Shown here: one piece after another, positions 28,280-38,703 of the stretch
Numbering within the stretch: position 1 is the stretch's first letter
Layout: every line of letters begins with the position of its first letter
Assembly: GCA_963829525.1 (NCBI GenBank)
Contig: CAWHIJ010000003.1
Span: 1,408,001 to 1,472,000, forward strand
Source of the DNA: an uncultured Actinomycetota bacterium
GTDB taxonomy: Bacteria; Actinomycetota; Actinomycetes; JAHEKZ01
Length of the DNA stretch: 64,000 nucleotides
Direction of reading: 5' to 3'
The notes under the pieces: generated by a model
The model's input: only the letters and a program-made list of their open reading frames with translations
The model's database searches: none
Told to the model about the DNA's origin: nothing
Position numbers and translations under genes: made by a program

Positions 28280-28302
28280 CGTCGGCGAAACACGGTGGCG
28301 AC
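28276..28302 (+). promoter_or_regulatory. GlnR-like box upstream of glnA2
   Basis: GTAAC-GTCGGC-GAAAC-ACGGTG-GCGAC fits GTNAC-N6-GAAAC. Confidence 0.65.
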
Positions 28303-28313
28303 ACCATGGCTAG

Positions 28314-29648
28314 ATGGACAAGCAGCAGGAGTTCGTGCTCCGAACCACCGAGGAGCGCGACATCCGCTTCATCCGGCTCTGGTTCACCGATGTTCTGGGA
28401 TACCTGAAGTCGGTCGCAGTAGCGCCGGCTGAGCTGGAGGCGGCCTTCGCTGAAGGCATTGGGTTCGATGGTTCGGCGATCGAGGGGTTCGCCCGCGTCT
28501 CGGAGTCGGACATGCTCGTCAAGCCCGACCCCACCTCCTTCACCGTGCTTCCGTGGCGCGGTGAGCCGGGGGTGGCGCGAATGTTCTGCGACATCCTCAT
28601 GCCAGACGGTTCCCCTTCCTATGCCGACCCCCGCTACGTGCTCAAGCGCGCCCTGGGACGCGCAGCCGACATGGGCTTCACGTTCTATACCCACCCTGAG
28701 ATCGAGTTCTTCCTCTTCGACGAGCTGCCCGAACCGGGTCGGCAACCCGTACCGATCGACAACGGCGGGTACTTCGACCACACGCCAACCTCGGTGGGAC
28801 AGAATTTTCGCCGTGACGCGATCACCATGCTGGAGGCCATGGGCATATCGGTGGAGTTCAGTCACCACGAGGGCGCACCTGGGCAGCAGGAGATCGATCT
28901 GCGCTACGCGGATGCTTTGAGCACCGCTGACAATCTGATGACGTTCCGGACCGTTATCAAGGAGGTGGCCTTGTCGCAGGGGCTCTACGCATCGTTCATG
29001 CCCAAACCGTTGGCTGAACACCCCGGTTCAGGTATGCACACTCACCTGTCGCTCTTCGAGGGTGACCGCAACGCTTTCTTTGAACCCGGCGCCGACTACC
29101 AGCTCTCCAAGGTCGGGCGCTCCTTCATCGCCGGACTGCTTCGTCACGCTCCGGAGATCACAGCTGTCACCAACCAGTGGGTGAACTCGTACAAACGGCT
29201 CTACGGCGGGGGAGAGGCGCCGGCCTACGTCTGTTGGGGCCACAACAACCGATCAGCCATGGTGCGAGTTCCCATGTACAAGCCCCAGAAGGGGCAGAGC
29301 ACACGCATCGAGGTGCGCACGCTTGACTCTGCCTGTAACCCGTACCTGGCGTTCGCCGTGTTGCTGGCCGCCGGGCTCAAGGGGATTGAGGCGGGCTATG
29401 AGCTTCCAGCGGGCGCCGAGGATGACGTCTGGCTGTTGACCGAGGCGGAGCGCAGGGCCATGGGCATCGACCCCTTGCCTCAGAACCTCGCCGAAGCGAT
29501 CGCGGTGATGGAGCACAGTGAACTGGTGGCTGAGACCCTCGGCGAGCAGGTCTTCGACTTCTTTCTGCGAAACAAGCGCGCCGAGTGGCAGGAGTACCGC
29601 AACCAGGTGACCGCCTTCGAGCTTGAGCGCTACCTCCCGGCGCTCTGA
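28314..29648 (+). CDS. glnA2: Glutamine synthetase-family protein GlnA2 (GSI-alpha type)
   Basis: MDKQQEFVLRT, FDGSAIEGF, HHEGAPGQQEI, FMPKP...GSGMH; directly upstream of glnE. Confidence 0.95.
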   Translation: MDKQQEFVLRTTEERDIRFIRLWFTDVLGYLKSVAVAPAELEAAFAEGIGFDGSAIEGFARVSESDMLVKPDPTSFTVLPWRGEPGVARMFCDILMPDGSPSYADPRYVLKRALGRAADMGFTFYTHPEIEFFLFDELPEPGRQPVPIDNGGYFDHTPTSVGQNFRRDAITMLEAMGISVEFSHHEGAPGQQEIDLRYADALSTADNLMTFRTVIKEVALSQGLYASFMPKPLAEHPGSGMHTHLSLFEGDRNAFFEPGADYQLSKVGRSFIAGLLRHAPEITAVTNQWVNSYKRLYGGGEAPAYVCWGHNNRSAMVRVPMYKPQKGQSTRIEVRTLDSACNPYLAFAVLLAAGLKGIEAGYELPAGAEDDVWLLTEAERRAMGIDPLPQNLAEAIAVMEHSELVAETLGEQVFDFFLRNKRAEWQEYRNQVTAFELERYLPAL

Positions 29649-29676
29649 GGCGACCAACCGTCGCTACGGTGACCTT

Positions 29677-32667
29677 GTGGGGAGCGGACGGATCCAGACA
29701 ACTCCCGGGCAACTCTCCCGGTGGGGGTTTGTCGATGCTGCCGCGGCCGCACTGACGCTGGGGCGGCTGGCTGAACGAGGGCTTGAACCATCCGAGGTCT
29801 TGCTGACCCAGCTGTCGAGGGTTGCCGACCCTGATGGAGCCCTGAACGGTTTGGCGCGTGTGCTTGAGGTGGCCGATGACGCACCCGGGTTACTCGATGC
29901 TTTGGCTGCCGGCCCCGACTACGCCGAGCGAGTACTTGCAGTGTTGGGTGCCAGCACTGCTTTGGCCGACCACCTGGCGCGCCGTCCTTCGGACTGCGAA
30001 CTCCTCAACGATCCTCAGCTGGCGGTGACTCGCCTCACGGCTGAGGGGATGCGCGTGGCAATGCTGACCGCCGTAGGGGCCGACCCGAGCAGCACTTCGC
30101 CGATCGCCACGCAGGATGCAACGGTGGCGCTGGACGCAATGCGTGTCCAGTACCGCAGGCTGTTGCTTCGCGTCGCTTCCCGAGATCTCACGACCTCGCC
30201 CGATGTCTCCGACATCGCTGCCGAGCTTGCTGACCTGGCTAGCGCCGCACTCGAGGCGGCCACTGCCGTAGCCCGCGCCGAGGTGGGTCGAGATGCCACA
30301 GGAGTTCGGTTCGCAGTCATCGCGATGGGTAAGTGCGGTGGCCGCGAGCTCAACTACGTGAGCGACGTCGACGTGATCTACGTCGTCGAGCCTGAGCCTG
30401 GGGTGGATGAAGAGAGTGCAACTCGAACGGGGAATCGCCTCGCCGCATCCGTGGCACGCGCATGCTCGTCGGTGACGTCCGAGGGTTCGTTGTGGGAGGT
30501 GGACGCGGGGCTGCGACCAGAGGGAAAGTCCGGCTCGCTCACCAGGACGCTGGCCAGCCACGTCGCGTACTACCGACGCTGGGCCAAGACGTGGGAGTTC
30601 CAGGCGCTGCTCAAAGCCCGACCGGTCGCGGGAGATCTTGAGCTCGGACAGCAGTATCTGGACGCCATCGGGCCACTGGTCTGGGAGGCGTCTGGCCGTG
30701 AGGGATTCGTCGCTGATGTGCAGCAGATGCGACGCCGAGTCGAGGCGCACCTTCCCCCCGGCGAGGTCGACCGACAGATCAAGCTCGGACCTGGAGGTCT
30801 TCGGGACATCGAGTTCTCCGTGCAGCTGCTACAGCTGGTCCACGGTCGCAGCGACGACACACTGCGGAGCGGTAACACCCTACGAGCGCTCGACGCGCTG
30901 GCTGCAGGGGGCTACGTCGGCCGCGATGACGCGGCCTCACTCAGTGATGCCTACCGGTTCCTGCGATCGCTTGAGCATCGACTGCAGCTGCGCCGCCTTC
31001 GCCGCACGCATCTGATGCCGACCGATACTCCGTCGCTGCGCGTTCTCGGGCGGTCGATCGGGTACACCCGTGAGCCAGTCGATGAGCTGACCGACCAGTG
31101 GCGTCGCCATGCGCGAGAGGTGCGACGACTTCACGAGAAGCTCTTCTACCGTCCGCTGCTGCAAGCAGTAGCGAGGCTTGACGCCGGCGAGTCTCGACTG
31201 ACGCCTGAGGCCGCGCAAGCGCGGATGGAAGCGTTGGGATATGCGGACCCGAAGGGTGCGCTGCGTCACTTGGAGGCGTTGACATCCGGCGTCAGCCGGC
31301 GGGCCGCGATCCAGCAGACGCTGCTGCCGGTCATGCTCGGATGGTTCGCCGACGCCCCGGACCCCGATGCGGGGCTGCTTGGCTTTCGCCGGGTCAGTGA
31401 AGCCTTGGGCAGTACGCATTGGTATCTCGCGCTGCTGCGAGACGCGGGAGCCACCGCCGAGCGTCTTGCACGGATCCTTGCTACCAGCAGATTCGCGACA
31501 GACCTGCTGCTGCGCGCCCCTGATGCCGTGGCGCTGCTTGCGGACCAAGATGCGCTCCGGCCGCGCACCACCGACGAGCTCCTGGGCGAGATGCGTGCGA
31601 CAGCAGGGCGGGCTGAGTCACCAGAGTCAGCTGCAGAGGGTGTTCGTGCCATTCGACGTCGTGAACTCTTTCGACTGACTGCGGCTGAGGTGTTGGGCGC
31701 AGTTGGCCCTGCCGAATCCGGGCCAGTGTTAACTGCGGTTGCTCAGGCGGCTCTCTCGGCTGTTCTGGAGGTAGTGACCAAGGGCGCGTCCATCCAGGGT
31801 GCAGCACCCACTCGGTTCGCAGTGATTGGAATGGGCAGGTTCGGCGGTGGTGAGCTCGGGCTCGGCAGTGATCTCGATGTTCTGTTCGTGCACGACCCCA
31901 TTCCTGGCGCTGACGAGGAGGAGGCGTCTCGCCATGCACTGCTGCTGGCCACTGAGCTGCGGCGGCTGCTCACCTTGCCGGCGCCAGACCCGCCAATGTT
32001 GCTCGATGCCGACCTGCGACCAGAGGGACGCAACGGTGCGCTCGTGCGCACCGTCGCGTCTTACCGGGCCTACTACGAGCGCTGGTCGTTGACGTGGGAG
32101 AGCCAGGCACTTCTTCGAGCTCAGCCAATGGCTGGCGATGAGTCCGTGGGCAGGGCCTTCACCGATCTGATCGACTCGCTCCGATGGCCCCAGGGCGGAC
32201 TGCCGCCTTCGGCGGTGACCGAGATCCGGCGAGTCAAAGCACGAGTTGAGTCAGAGCGGCTTCCCCGTGGTGCCGATCCAGCCCTACACACCAAACTAGG
32301 CCCAGGGGGTCTGGCCGATGTCGAGTGGACTGTGCAACTGCTCCAGATGGAGCACGCAGCGGCAGTCAACTCGTTGCGGACGACCAGCACGCTGGCGGCG
32401 CTGTCAGCGTCGCGAGAGGCAGGCCTGCTTTCCGACGACGACACCGAGGTGCTGTGCGCGGCGTGGCTGCTGGCGACTCACATCCGGGACGCCATCATGG
32501 TGGCCAAGGGACGACCGTCCGACAGTGTTCCCCGCGACACCGGAGATCTTGCCCTTGTGGCAGGTGTCATGGGGTACGAACCTGGTCGGTCCGGTGAACT
32601 CGTCGAGGACTACCGCAGGGTCTCCCGACGGGCCCGGACCGTCGTGGAGAAGGTGTTCTACACGTGA
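29677..32667 (+). CDS. glnE: Glutamine synthetase adenylyltransferase / adenylyl-removing enzyme
   Basis: Two nucleotidyltransferase domains: AMGKCGGRELNYVSDVD and GMGRFGGGELGLGSDLD; DADLRPEG. Confidence 0.96.
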   Translation: MGSGRIQTTPGQLSRWGFVDAAAAALTLGRLAERGLEPSEVLLTQLSRVADPDGALNGLARVLEVADDAPGLLDALAAGPDYAERVLAVLGASTALADHLARRPSDCELLNDPQLAVTRLTAEGMRVAMLTAVGADPSSTSPIATQDATVALDAMRVQYRRLLLRVASRDLTTSPDVSDIAAELADLASAALEAATAVARAEVGRDATGVRFAVIAMGKCGGRELNYVSDVDVIYVVEPEPGVDEESATRTGNRLAASVARACSSVTSEGSLWEVDAGLRPEGKSGSLTRTLASHVAYYRRWAKTWEFQALLKARPVAGDLELGQQYLDAIGPLVWEASGREGFVADVQQMRRRVEAHLPPGEVDRQIKLGPGGLRDIEFSVQLLQLVHGRSDDTLRSGNTLRALDALAAGGYVGRDDAASLSDAYRFLRSLEHRLQLRRLRRTHLMPTDTPSLRVLGRSIGYTREPVDELTDQWRRHAREVRRLHEKLFYRPLLQAVARLDAGESRLTPEAAQARMEALGYADPKGALRHLEALTSGVSRRAAIQQTLLPVMLGWFADAPDPDAGLLGFRRVSEALGSTHWYLALLRDAGATAERLARILATSRFATDLLLRAPDAVALLADQDALRPRTTDELLGEMRATAGRAESPESAAEGVRAIRRRELFRLTAAEVLGAVGPAESGPVLTAVAQAALSAVLEVVTKGASIQGAAPTRFAVIGMGRFGGGELGLGSDLDVLFVHDPIPGADEEEASRHALLLATELRRLLTLPAPDPPMLLDADLRPEGRNGALVRTVASYRAYYERWSLTWESQALLRAQPMAGDESVGRAFTDLIDSLRWPQGGLPPSAVTEIRRVKARVESERLPRGADPALHTKLGPGGLADVEWTVQLLQMEHAAAVNSLRTTSTLAALSASREAGLLSDDDTEVLCAAWLLATHIRDAIMVAKGRPSDSVPRDTGDLALVAGVMGYEPGRSGELVEDYRRVSRRARTVVEKVFYT

Positions 32668-33935
32668 CAGACCAGCTCACCTCCGGCGCAGCGCGGTATC
32701 GAGCTGTGCTGGGGAACACCGAGCTGGTGGCACTTCTTGTCGCCCGGCTGCTGTCCGGGATCGGGGACCAGCTCGCACGCGTGGTCCTCGCTCTTTTCGT
32801 GCTCGATCGCAGCGACGGGAACGCGTTGTTGGCCGCGACGGTCTTGGCTGTCTCATACGTCCCCAGCACATTCGGTTTTGCCTTCCTCGGTTCGCTGGCT
32901 GACCGATTCCCTCGACGCTCGGTCATGCTGTGGGCCGATCTCGCGCGCGCCCTCATCGTCACGGTGCTGGCAATCACGGTCGCGAGGGATGCCATCTTCG
33001 CCGCGGTTCTGTTGCTCCTCATAGCCGAGATATTCAGCGCCCCGGCCCTGTCAGCGCGCTCGTCGCTGCTCCCTGACGCGGCACGATCACCGATCGAGTA
33101 CCAAGCTGTCGTCGGGCTCGGTACCACCTTCGAGCAGGTTGTTCAGGTCCTCGGCTTTCTTCTTGCCGGTCTGGCGCTGGGCGTCACCAGCGCTGGCTGG
33201 GTGCTGCTCTTCAACGCGCTGACTTTCTTGATCTCCTACTTGATCGTGTTGGCCTTTGTCACGCCCCGGCCCACCGCGGACGCGGCCGGCACGAGTGCAA
33301 GGCGTCTATGGCAGGACACCAGGTCGGGTCTGCGCACCATCGTCGTAACCCCATCGATCCGGGGAGTTGTCTTCCTGCTCTGGGGGTCGGCTGCTCTGTT
33401 GGTTGCCACCGACGCGGTGGCGCTTCCCTACGCCACCGAAGACGGTGCACCGCCCTGGGCGGCAACGGCACTCTTGGCGGCTACGCCTGCTGGGGCGGCC
33501 GTCGGGGCCCTATTCGTGGCCCGGATACCGATGCAGAGGCAGGTGCGACTGATCTTTCCGCTGGCGATCGCGTCAATGGTGCCGCTGCTGGCAACGGCGG
33601 CTGAGCCCCCGGTCCCCGCAGCGATCGTGCTCTGGGGGATCAACGGGCTCTTCCAGGGATACGTGGTGACCCTGATGGCGCTGTCGATGCAGCTGACCCC
33701 CGAGCACCGCCGCGGGCGGGTCTTCGGCATGGCCGGAGCGGGGTTCAACGGGATGGCGATCGTCGGACTTGTGGGTCTCGGCGCAGTGGCGGAAAGATCG
33801 TCACCTGCTGCGGCAGTTGTCCTCGCCGGTGCAGTGGGGATGACGATTGTGGTCATCGCGGCGTGGCTCTGGCCACACGGGGAGGTACGCTCTGCGGTTC
33901 GCGCCACGTTCGGTGCGGCACCTTCTCAATCCTGA
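32664..33935 (+). CDS. MFS transporter (DHA3-like)
   Basis: LSGIGDQLARV, GSLADRFPRRSVMLWADLAR, RGRVFG; about 12 TM segments; GTGA overlap with glnE. Confidence 0.88.
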   Translation: MTDQLTSGAARYRAVLGNTELVALLVARLLSGIGDQLARVVLALFVLDRSDGNALLAATVLAVSYVPSTFGFAFLGSLADRFPRRSVMLWADLARALIVTVLAITVARDAIFAAVLLLLIAEIFSAPALSARSSLLPDAARSPIEYQAVVGLGTTFEQVVQVLGFLLAGLALGVTSAGWVLLFNALTFLISYLIVLAFVTPRPTADAAGTSARRLWQDTRSGLRTIVVTPSIRGVVFLLWGSAALLVATDAVALPYATEDGAPPWAATALLAATPAGAAVGALFVARIPMQRQVRLIFPLAIASMVPLLATAAEPPVPAAIVLWGINGLFQGYVVTLMALSMQLTPEHRRGRVFGMAGAGFNGMAIVGLVGLGAVAERSSPAAAVVLAGAVGMTIVVIAAWLWPHGEVRSAVRATFGAAPSQS

Positions 33936-33974
33936 CTGGGGCAGAAACGTGCGGACGCCATCTCGGAGGGACTC

Positions 33975-35009
33975 ATGAAGGCCTTGGTCAAGCGTGCAGC
34001 AGAGCCGGGTCTCGACCTCGTAGAGGTGCCCGATCCTGAGGTCGAGAGCGGTCAGGTGCTTATCAGGGTCGCTCGCACTGGCATTTGCGGTACCGACCTG
34101 CACATCCGCGCCTGGGACCCATCGGTTCAGTCGATGGTCACTCCGCCCGTGGTCCTCGGCCACGAGATTGCCGGACACGTCGCCGCAGTTGGCCCAGGGG
34201 TGGACACCCTCCTCGAGGGAGATCTGGTGAGTGTCGAGGGGCACATTGTCTGCGGCCGTTGCCGCAACTGCCGGGCCGGACGCCGGCAGCTCTGCCCGAA
34301 CACCAAGGGGGTCGGCGTACATCGCGACGGCGGGTTTGCCGAGTACATCTCGGTGCCGGCCGGAAACGTGTGGCGCCACCCGGCTGCGCTGGATGTCGAG
34401 GTCGCAGCGATCTTCGACCCCTTCGGCAACGCGGTCCACTCCGCGCTGGCATTCCCTGTGCTGGGTGAAGACGTCCTTGTCACCGGAGCGGGCCCAATTG
34501 GGATCATGGCTGCCGCTGTTGCCCGGCATGCGGGCGCTCGTCACGTAGTGGTCACCGATGTCAGTCCCTATCGACTCGAACTGGCCCGCAGCACCGGTGT
34601 CACCCTGGCAGTCGACCCGACGCAACGCGACCTCAGCGACGTGATGAGCGAGCTGGGAATGAAGGAGGGTTGGGACGTCGGTCTGGAGATGTCCGGTGCC
34701 CCGACGGCGCTCGCGAGCATGTTGGAGACGATGGCCAACGGAGGGCGGATCGCCCTGCTCGGGCTGCCGAGCAGTGATGAGGCTCCATTCGACTGGATGA
34801 AGACGATCACGTCGATGCTGACGATCAAGGGGATTTACGGTCGCGAGATGTACGAGACCTGGTACGCGATGTCAGTCCTGGTTGCTGCTGGACTGGACAT
34901 CTCTCCGGTAATCACGCACCGTTTCCCGTACCACCAGTTCGAGGAAGCATTCGACACTGCCTCAAGTGGACGGTGCGGCAAGGTCCTGCTCGACTGGTCG
35001 GAGGTGTGA
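33975..35009 (+). CDS. tdh: L-threonine 3-dehydrogenase
   Basis: [51 protein letters not shown]. Confidence 0.96.
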   Translation: MKALVKRAAEPGLDLVEVPDPEVESGQVLIRVARTGICGTDLHIRAWDPSVQSMVTPPVVLGHEIAGHVAAVGPGVDTLLEGDLVSVEGHIVCGRCRNCRAGRRQLCPNTKGVGVHRDGGFAEYISVPAGNVWRHPAALDVEVAAIFDPFGNAVHSALAFPVLGEDVLVTGAGPIGIMAAAVARHAGARHVVVTDVSPYRLELARSTGVTLAVDPTQRDLSDVMSELGMKEGWDVGLEMSGAPTALASMLETMANGGRIALLGLPSSDEAPFDWMKTITSMLTIKGIYGREMYETWYAMSVLVAAGLDISPVITHRFPYHQFEEAFDTASSGRCGKVLLDWSEV

Positions 35010-35010
35010 C

Positions 35011-36180
35011 GTGTTGGAAGCTCTGAGATCAGAGCTCTCGTCCCGCATTGCAGAGATGCAAGAGACGGGGGTCTTCAAGCCCGAGCGCGTCCTGGTGAGC
35101 CCGCAGGGGACGCACGTCCGAGACGAGGCCGGCCGCGAGATCCTCAACCTCTGCGCCAACAACTACCTCGGGCTCGCCGACGATCCGCGGGTCGTGGCGG
35201 CTGCGTCCAAGACTCTGGAGGAGCGCGGCTTCGGCATGGCCTCGGTCCGCTTCATTTGTGGCACACAGGACATCCACCGCGAGCTGGAGGATCGGCTCGC
35301 CTCGTGGCTTGGCCAGGAGGACACGATCTTGTTCCCGTCCTGCTTCGACGCCAATGGGGGAGTGTTTGAGGCGCTGTTCGATCAGCGAGACGCGGTGATC
35401 TCCGATGTGCTTAACCACGCCAGCATCATCGACGGTGTAAGGCTCTGCAAGGCGCAGCGTTACCGCTATGCCAACCGAGACATGACCGAGCTAGAAGCAC
35501 GCCTGCAAGAAGCTGCCGACGCGCGCTACCGGTTGATCGTCTCCGACGGCGTCTTCTCGATGGACGGCTACTACGCGCCGCTCGATGAAATCTGCGTGCT
35601 GGCCGACCGCTACGACGCGTTGGTGATGGTCGATGACTCGCACGCGGTCGGGTTTGTCGGGGAGGGCGGTCGCGGCACGCCGGCGCGCTACGGCGTCGAA
35701 GATCGGATTGACATCCTTACTGGAACTCTCGGAAAAGCTCTCGGGGGAGCGAGCGGTGGCTACGTAGCTGCTCGCCGTGAGATTGTTGCAGTGTTAAAGC
35801 AGCGTGCACGGCCCTATTTGTTCTCGAACTCCGTTGCACCCGCAGTGGCCGGAGCCACGTTGGCTGTGCTCGACATCCTTGCTGAGTCTGATGAACTCCG
35901 AACTCAGCTCGAACGCAACGCTGCACGGTTCCGGATAGGAATGTCCGCGGCGGGGTTTGAGCTGCTCCCCGGTGAGCACGCCATCGTCCCGGTGATGTTC
36001 GGTGATGCCGTTGAAGCGAGTGCTGTTGCGCAGAGACTTTGGGACGCGGGTGTCTACGCTGTGGCGTTCTCATTCCCGGTTGTGCCCCATGGGCAGGCTC
36101 GGATTCGCGTGCAGCTGTCGGCCGCGCACACCGACGAAGACGTCGATCGTGCCGTAGCCGCTTTCGTCGCGGCCCGTTAA
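35011..36180 (+). CDS. kbl: Glycine C-acetyltransferase (2-amino-3-ketobutyrate CoA ligase)
   Basis: [53 protein letters not shown]; follows tdh. Confidence 0.96.
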   Translation: MLEALRSELSSRIAEMQETGVFKPERVLVSPQGTHVRDEAGREILNLCANNYLGLADDPRVVAAASKTLEERGFGMASVRFICGTQDIHRELEDRLASWLGQEDTILFPSCFDANGGVFEALFDQRDAVISDVLNHASIIDGVRLCKAQRYRYANRDMTELEARLQEAADARYRLIVSDGVFSMDGYYAPLDEICVLADRYDALVMVDDSHAVGFVGEGGRGTPARYGVEDRIDILTGTLGKALGGASGGYVAARREIVAVLKQRARPYLFSNSVAPAVAGATLAVLDILAESDELRTQLERNAARFRIGMSAAGFELLPGEHAIVPVMFGDAVEASAVAQRLWDAGVYAVAFSFPVVPHGQARIRVQLSAAHTDEDVDRAVAAFVAAR

Positions 36181-36224
36181 AGACGCTACGGGAATACCTC
36201 CGCTCTAAGAGCGTTTAAGACTAC

Positions 36225-36242
36225 ATCGCGATACATCGTGAT
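36225..36242. promoter_or_regulatory. Palindromic operator upstream of the PadR-family gene
   Basis: ATCGCGATACATCGTGAT near-palindrome in an AT-enriched promoter region. Confidence 0.5.
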
Positions 36243-36458
36243 ACGCTCAAGGAGGCAATTCGGTCTCCCTGACCGAAGGCGAAAAGAGACAAGACTGTGA
36301 ACGAACCACCGACGAAGCACCCCACGAGACGGACGCCACCGTGGCGGACGTCCAACGAACCCGATCAAGATCCCAGCGACCGGCCAGCTCGTGGCCGGTT
36401 GCGTCGCCGAGGCCGGCGCCACCGCCGTCAGAGCGGCTCCATCACAGGAGGACGCCGA

Positions 36459-37001
36459 ATGTCCCACGACGAGGATGACACTCTGGGCCGCGGAAAGCGC
36501 GGAACCCGCGGACCGCACGGATTTGCCGGTCATCGAGGACGCAACCGGCGAGGCCCCGGCGGTGGCCCGCGAGCCAGTCGTGGCGATGCACGTGCAGCGA
36601 TCCTGGCTTTGCTGGCCGAAGAGCCGATGCACGGCTATCAAGTGATGCATGAACTGGCTGAGCGGACCAGCGGGGCTTGGCGACCGAGCCCTGGTTCGAT
36701 CTACCCGGCCCTTCGCCGACTCTCTGACGAAGGCTTGGTGTCGAGCACGGAACAGGACGGCCGACGCGTCTTCCAACTCACTGAGGCCGGACGCAAGGCC
36801 GTTACAGAGGCTGGCGACGGCATACCGCCATGGGAGCGTTTGGCTCCCTCCGCTGGTGACATCGACCTGCGCAAGACCATCTTCAGTGTTGCGGCTGCCG
36901 CCAAACAGGTCGCCGCTACCGGAACATCAGAGCAGTTAGCGCAAGCCGACGAGATCCTCACCCAGGCTCGCAAGCACCTCTACCAGCTGCTTGCCGAGTA
37001 A
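36459..37001 (+). CDS. PadR-family transcriptional regulator
   Basis: RGDARAAILALLAEEPMHGYQVM...WRPSPGSIYPAL; SD AGGAGG at this ATG; alternative GTG start at 36297. Confidence 0.9.
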   Translation: MSHDEDDTLGRGKRGTRGPHGFAGHRGRNRRGPGGGPRASRGDARAAILALLAEEPMHGYQVMHELAERTSGAWRPSPGSIYPALRRLSDEGLVSSTEQDGRRVFQLTEAGRKAVTEAGDGIPPWERLAPSAGDIDLRKTIFSVAAAAKQVAATGTSEQLAQADEILTQARKHLYQLLAE

Positions 37002-37069
37002 GTACCGATGGAAGCTGGGACAGCGCCGCGCCGTCCCAGCTTGCTCGCTGACACACCCGAGGCCCTCGA

Positions 37070-37744
37070 TCAGGTGGCGACGGCTGCCACTGCCAACACC
37101 CCGAACGCGTTGGCTGCCCAATGCAGCCCGATCGGTGCGAGAAGGCTGTCACTGCGCCGACGCATTTCGCACAAGAGCACTCCTGCGGCCCCGGTGACAA
37201 CCATGGTCACGACCACTGTGCCGATCACGACAACTGAGCCCGACGCCACCGAGTCGGCTCCATCGTTTGTCTCGGCGAACCGCAGGGCGGGGAGCGTGTG
37301 CCAGACCCCGAAGAGCAGCGAGCTGCCCGCTGTAGCCCACGTGGCGGACCAGCGGCTGCGCAGTTGGGACCACAGCACGCCCCGGAATGCGATCTCCTCC
37401 CAGAGCACCGTTCCGAGGGGAACGGTGACAGCAGCGCGCCATAGGGCGTCCGGCCACCCATCGTCGAAGCGACTGTCCTCGAGGAGCACCTGGAATGGGG
37501 TCACGGCAACGATGAGATAGCCCAGGGCCACGACAGTTGCGGCGACCAGGGCCCAGCGGGCGCCACGTCCTGCGGTAGTCCGCGCCATGCCCAGGTCGTC
37601 CCAGGACAAACCCGAGCTTCGTCCGACGGCGAGAAGGAGCGCTGCTGAGGCCCCCGCGACGACGAGATCTAGCGACGTCACGCGCAACAGGGTGAATGCC
37701 GCCAGCATCAGCGCGAGGGTGAGAGTGATCCAGCGTGCTCTCAT
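37070..37744 (-). CDS. CPBP (Abi/CAAX-protease-like) intramembrane metalloprotease
   Basis: EEIAFRG, LFGVWH, SLLAPIGLHWAAN. Confidence 0.9.
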   Translation of the reverse strand: MRARWITLTLALMLAAFTLLRVTSLDLVVAGASAALLLAVGRSSGLSWDDLGMARTTAGRGARWALVAATVVALGYLIVAVTPFQVLLEDSRFDDGWPDALWRAAVTVPLGTVLWEEIAFRGVLWSQLRSRWSATWATAGSSLLFGVWHTLPALRFAETNDGADSVASGSVVVIGTVVVTMVVTGAAGVLLCEMRRRSDSLLAPIGLHWAANAFGVLAVAAVAT

Positions 37745-38574
37745 CGGGTTTGCGCGTTGGTGAGGGATTCCCTGATGAGGGTGCCGATTCCGCGCATGGC
37801 GGCGAGCACGACGTCACGCGTGGTGTCCTTCGAATCTTGGGGTGTCCAGTTAGCCAGAACCGCGTAGGTCACCGCTTCGTCCCCCACATCCACGACGCCC
37901 ATGTCACAGCGGACACCGTCGTTGGTTCCGGTCTTGTTCCAGAGTCGGACACCCCGGTCGACGTCAACATGAGCAAGGGGATCGAGGCCGAAGGCCGATG
38001 CCACCATCGACAGGTCGGTGTTGGTCGACATCCAGCCGGTGACCTTGCTGCAGACGCCGGGGGAGATCTCGCTTGAATCATGCAGAGCTCGGCAGAGCCG
38101 AACGAGGTCTCTGGCCGAGCCGGATGAGAGCGACTGGGGATGTTCACGGAGCCTACGGTCGCGGACGATGTCGTGCAGGGCAGTCCTTCTGAGGCCGAGA
38201 CGTTGCCCGGTGTCGGCAACCTGCATGAGTCCAACTGCCGAAATGAGGACATTGGTCGCAAGGTTGTCACTTGTCGCCCCAACAATCGTGCAGAGGTCAT
38301 TGACGGACAGGCTGTCGACGTCCAGGTGCTGCCAAAGCCCGGAGTCAGCAACCGGGGCCACAGCTGATCGGGACAGAAGCGCATCTGCGCCAAGGGCACC
38401 GGACTCGATGAGTTCGGCCGTGGCAATCAGCAGCAGAACCTTCCCGATGCTGGCGGTGGCGCAGACTCGGTCGGCATCGACCTCGAGCAGTGGCGTCGTG
38501 CGCTCCGCGTGTGTGACCAGAACTGACCAAAGCACCTCACCCGGCAGGTGGGCAGGACCTGAGTCGGTGTTCAC
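37741..38574 (-). CDS. Serine hydrolase with class A beta-lactamase-like fold
   Basis: SxxK (ASIGK), SDN, KTG motifs; no signal peptide. Confidence 0.87.
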   Translation of the reverse strand: MNTDSGPAHLPGEVLWSVLVTHAERTTPLLEVDADRVCATASIGKVLLLIATAELIESGALGADALLSRSAVAPVADSGLWQHLDVDSLSVNDLCTIVGATSDNLATNVLISAVGLMQVADTGQRLGLRRTALHDIVRDRRLREHPQSLSSGSARDLVRLCRALHDSSEISPGVCSKVTGWMSTNTDLSMVASAFGLDPLAHVDVDRGVRLWNKTGTNDGVRCDMGVVDVGDEAVTYAVLANWTPQDSKDTTRDVVLAAMRGIGTLIRESLTNAQTR

Positions 38575-38654
38575 GGCAGCGAGATGCGGGGGATCGGGCC
38601 CGAGAAGTACTCGGTGTGGTCGAGGAACATGGTGCCGAGGGTACGTGCCGGCGG

Positions 38655-38668
38655 GGGACTTCTGCCCC
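38655..38668. promoter_or_regulatory. DosR/DevR-like box upstream of HemG-like flavodoxin gene
   Basis: GGGACTTCTGCCCC, with a weaker GTGCCGAGGGTACG at 38632-38645. Confidence 0.5.
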
Positions 38669-38703
38669 TACCGTTCCCGTTACGTGGGCGTGACGCTGAG
38701 GTC

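Noticed and set aside
37741-38574. Bona fide beta-lactam resistance gene
   Set aside because: No signal peptide and no evident catalytic omega-loop glutamate; reported only as a serine hydrolase
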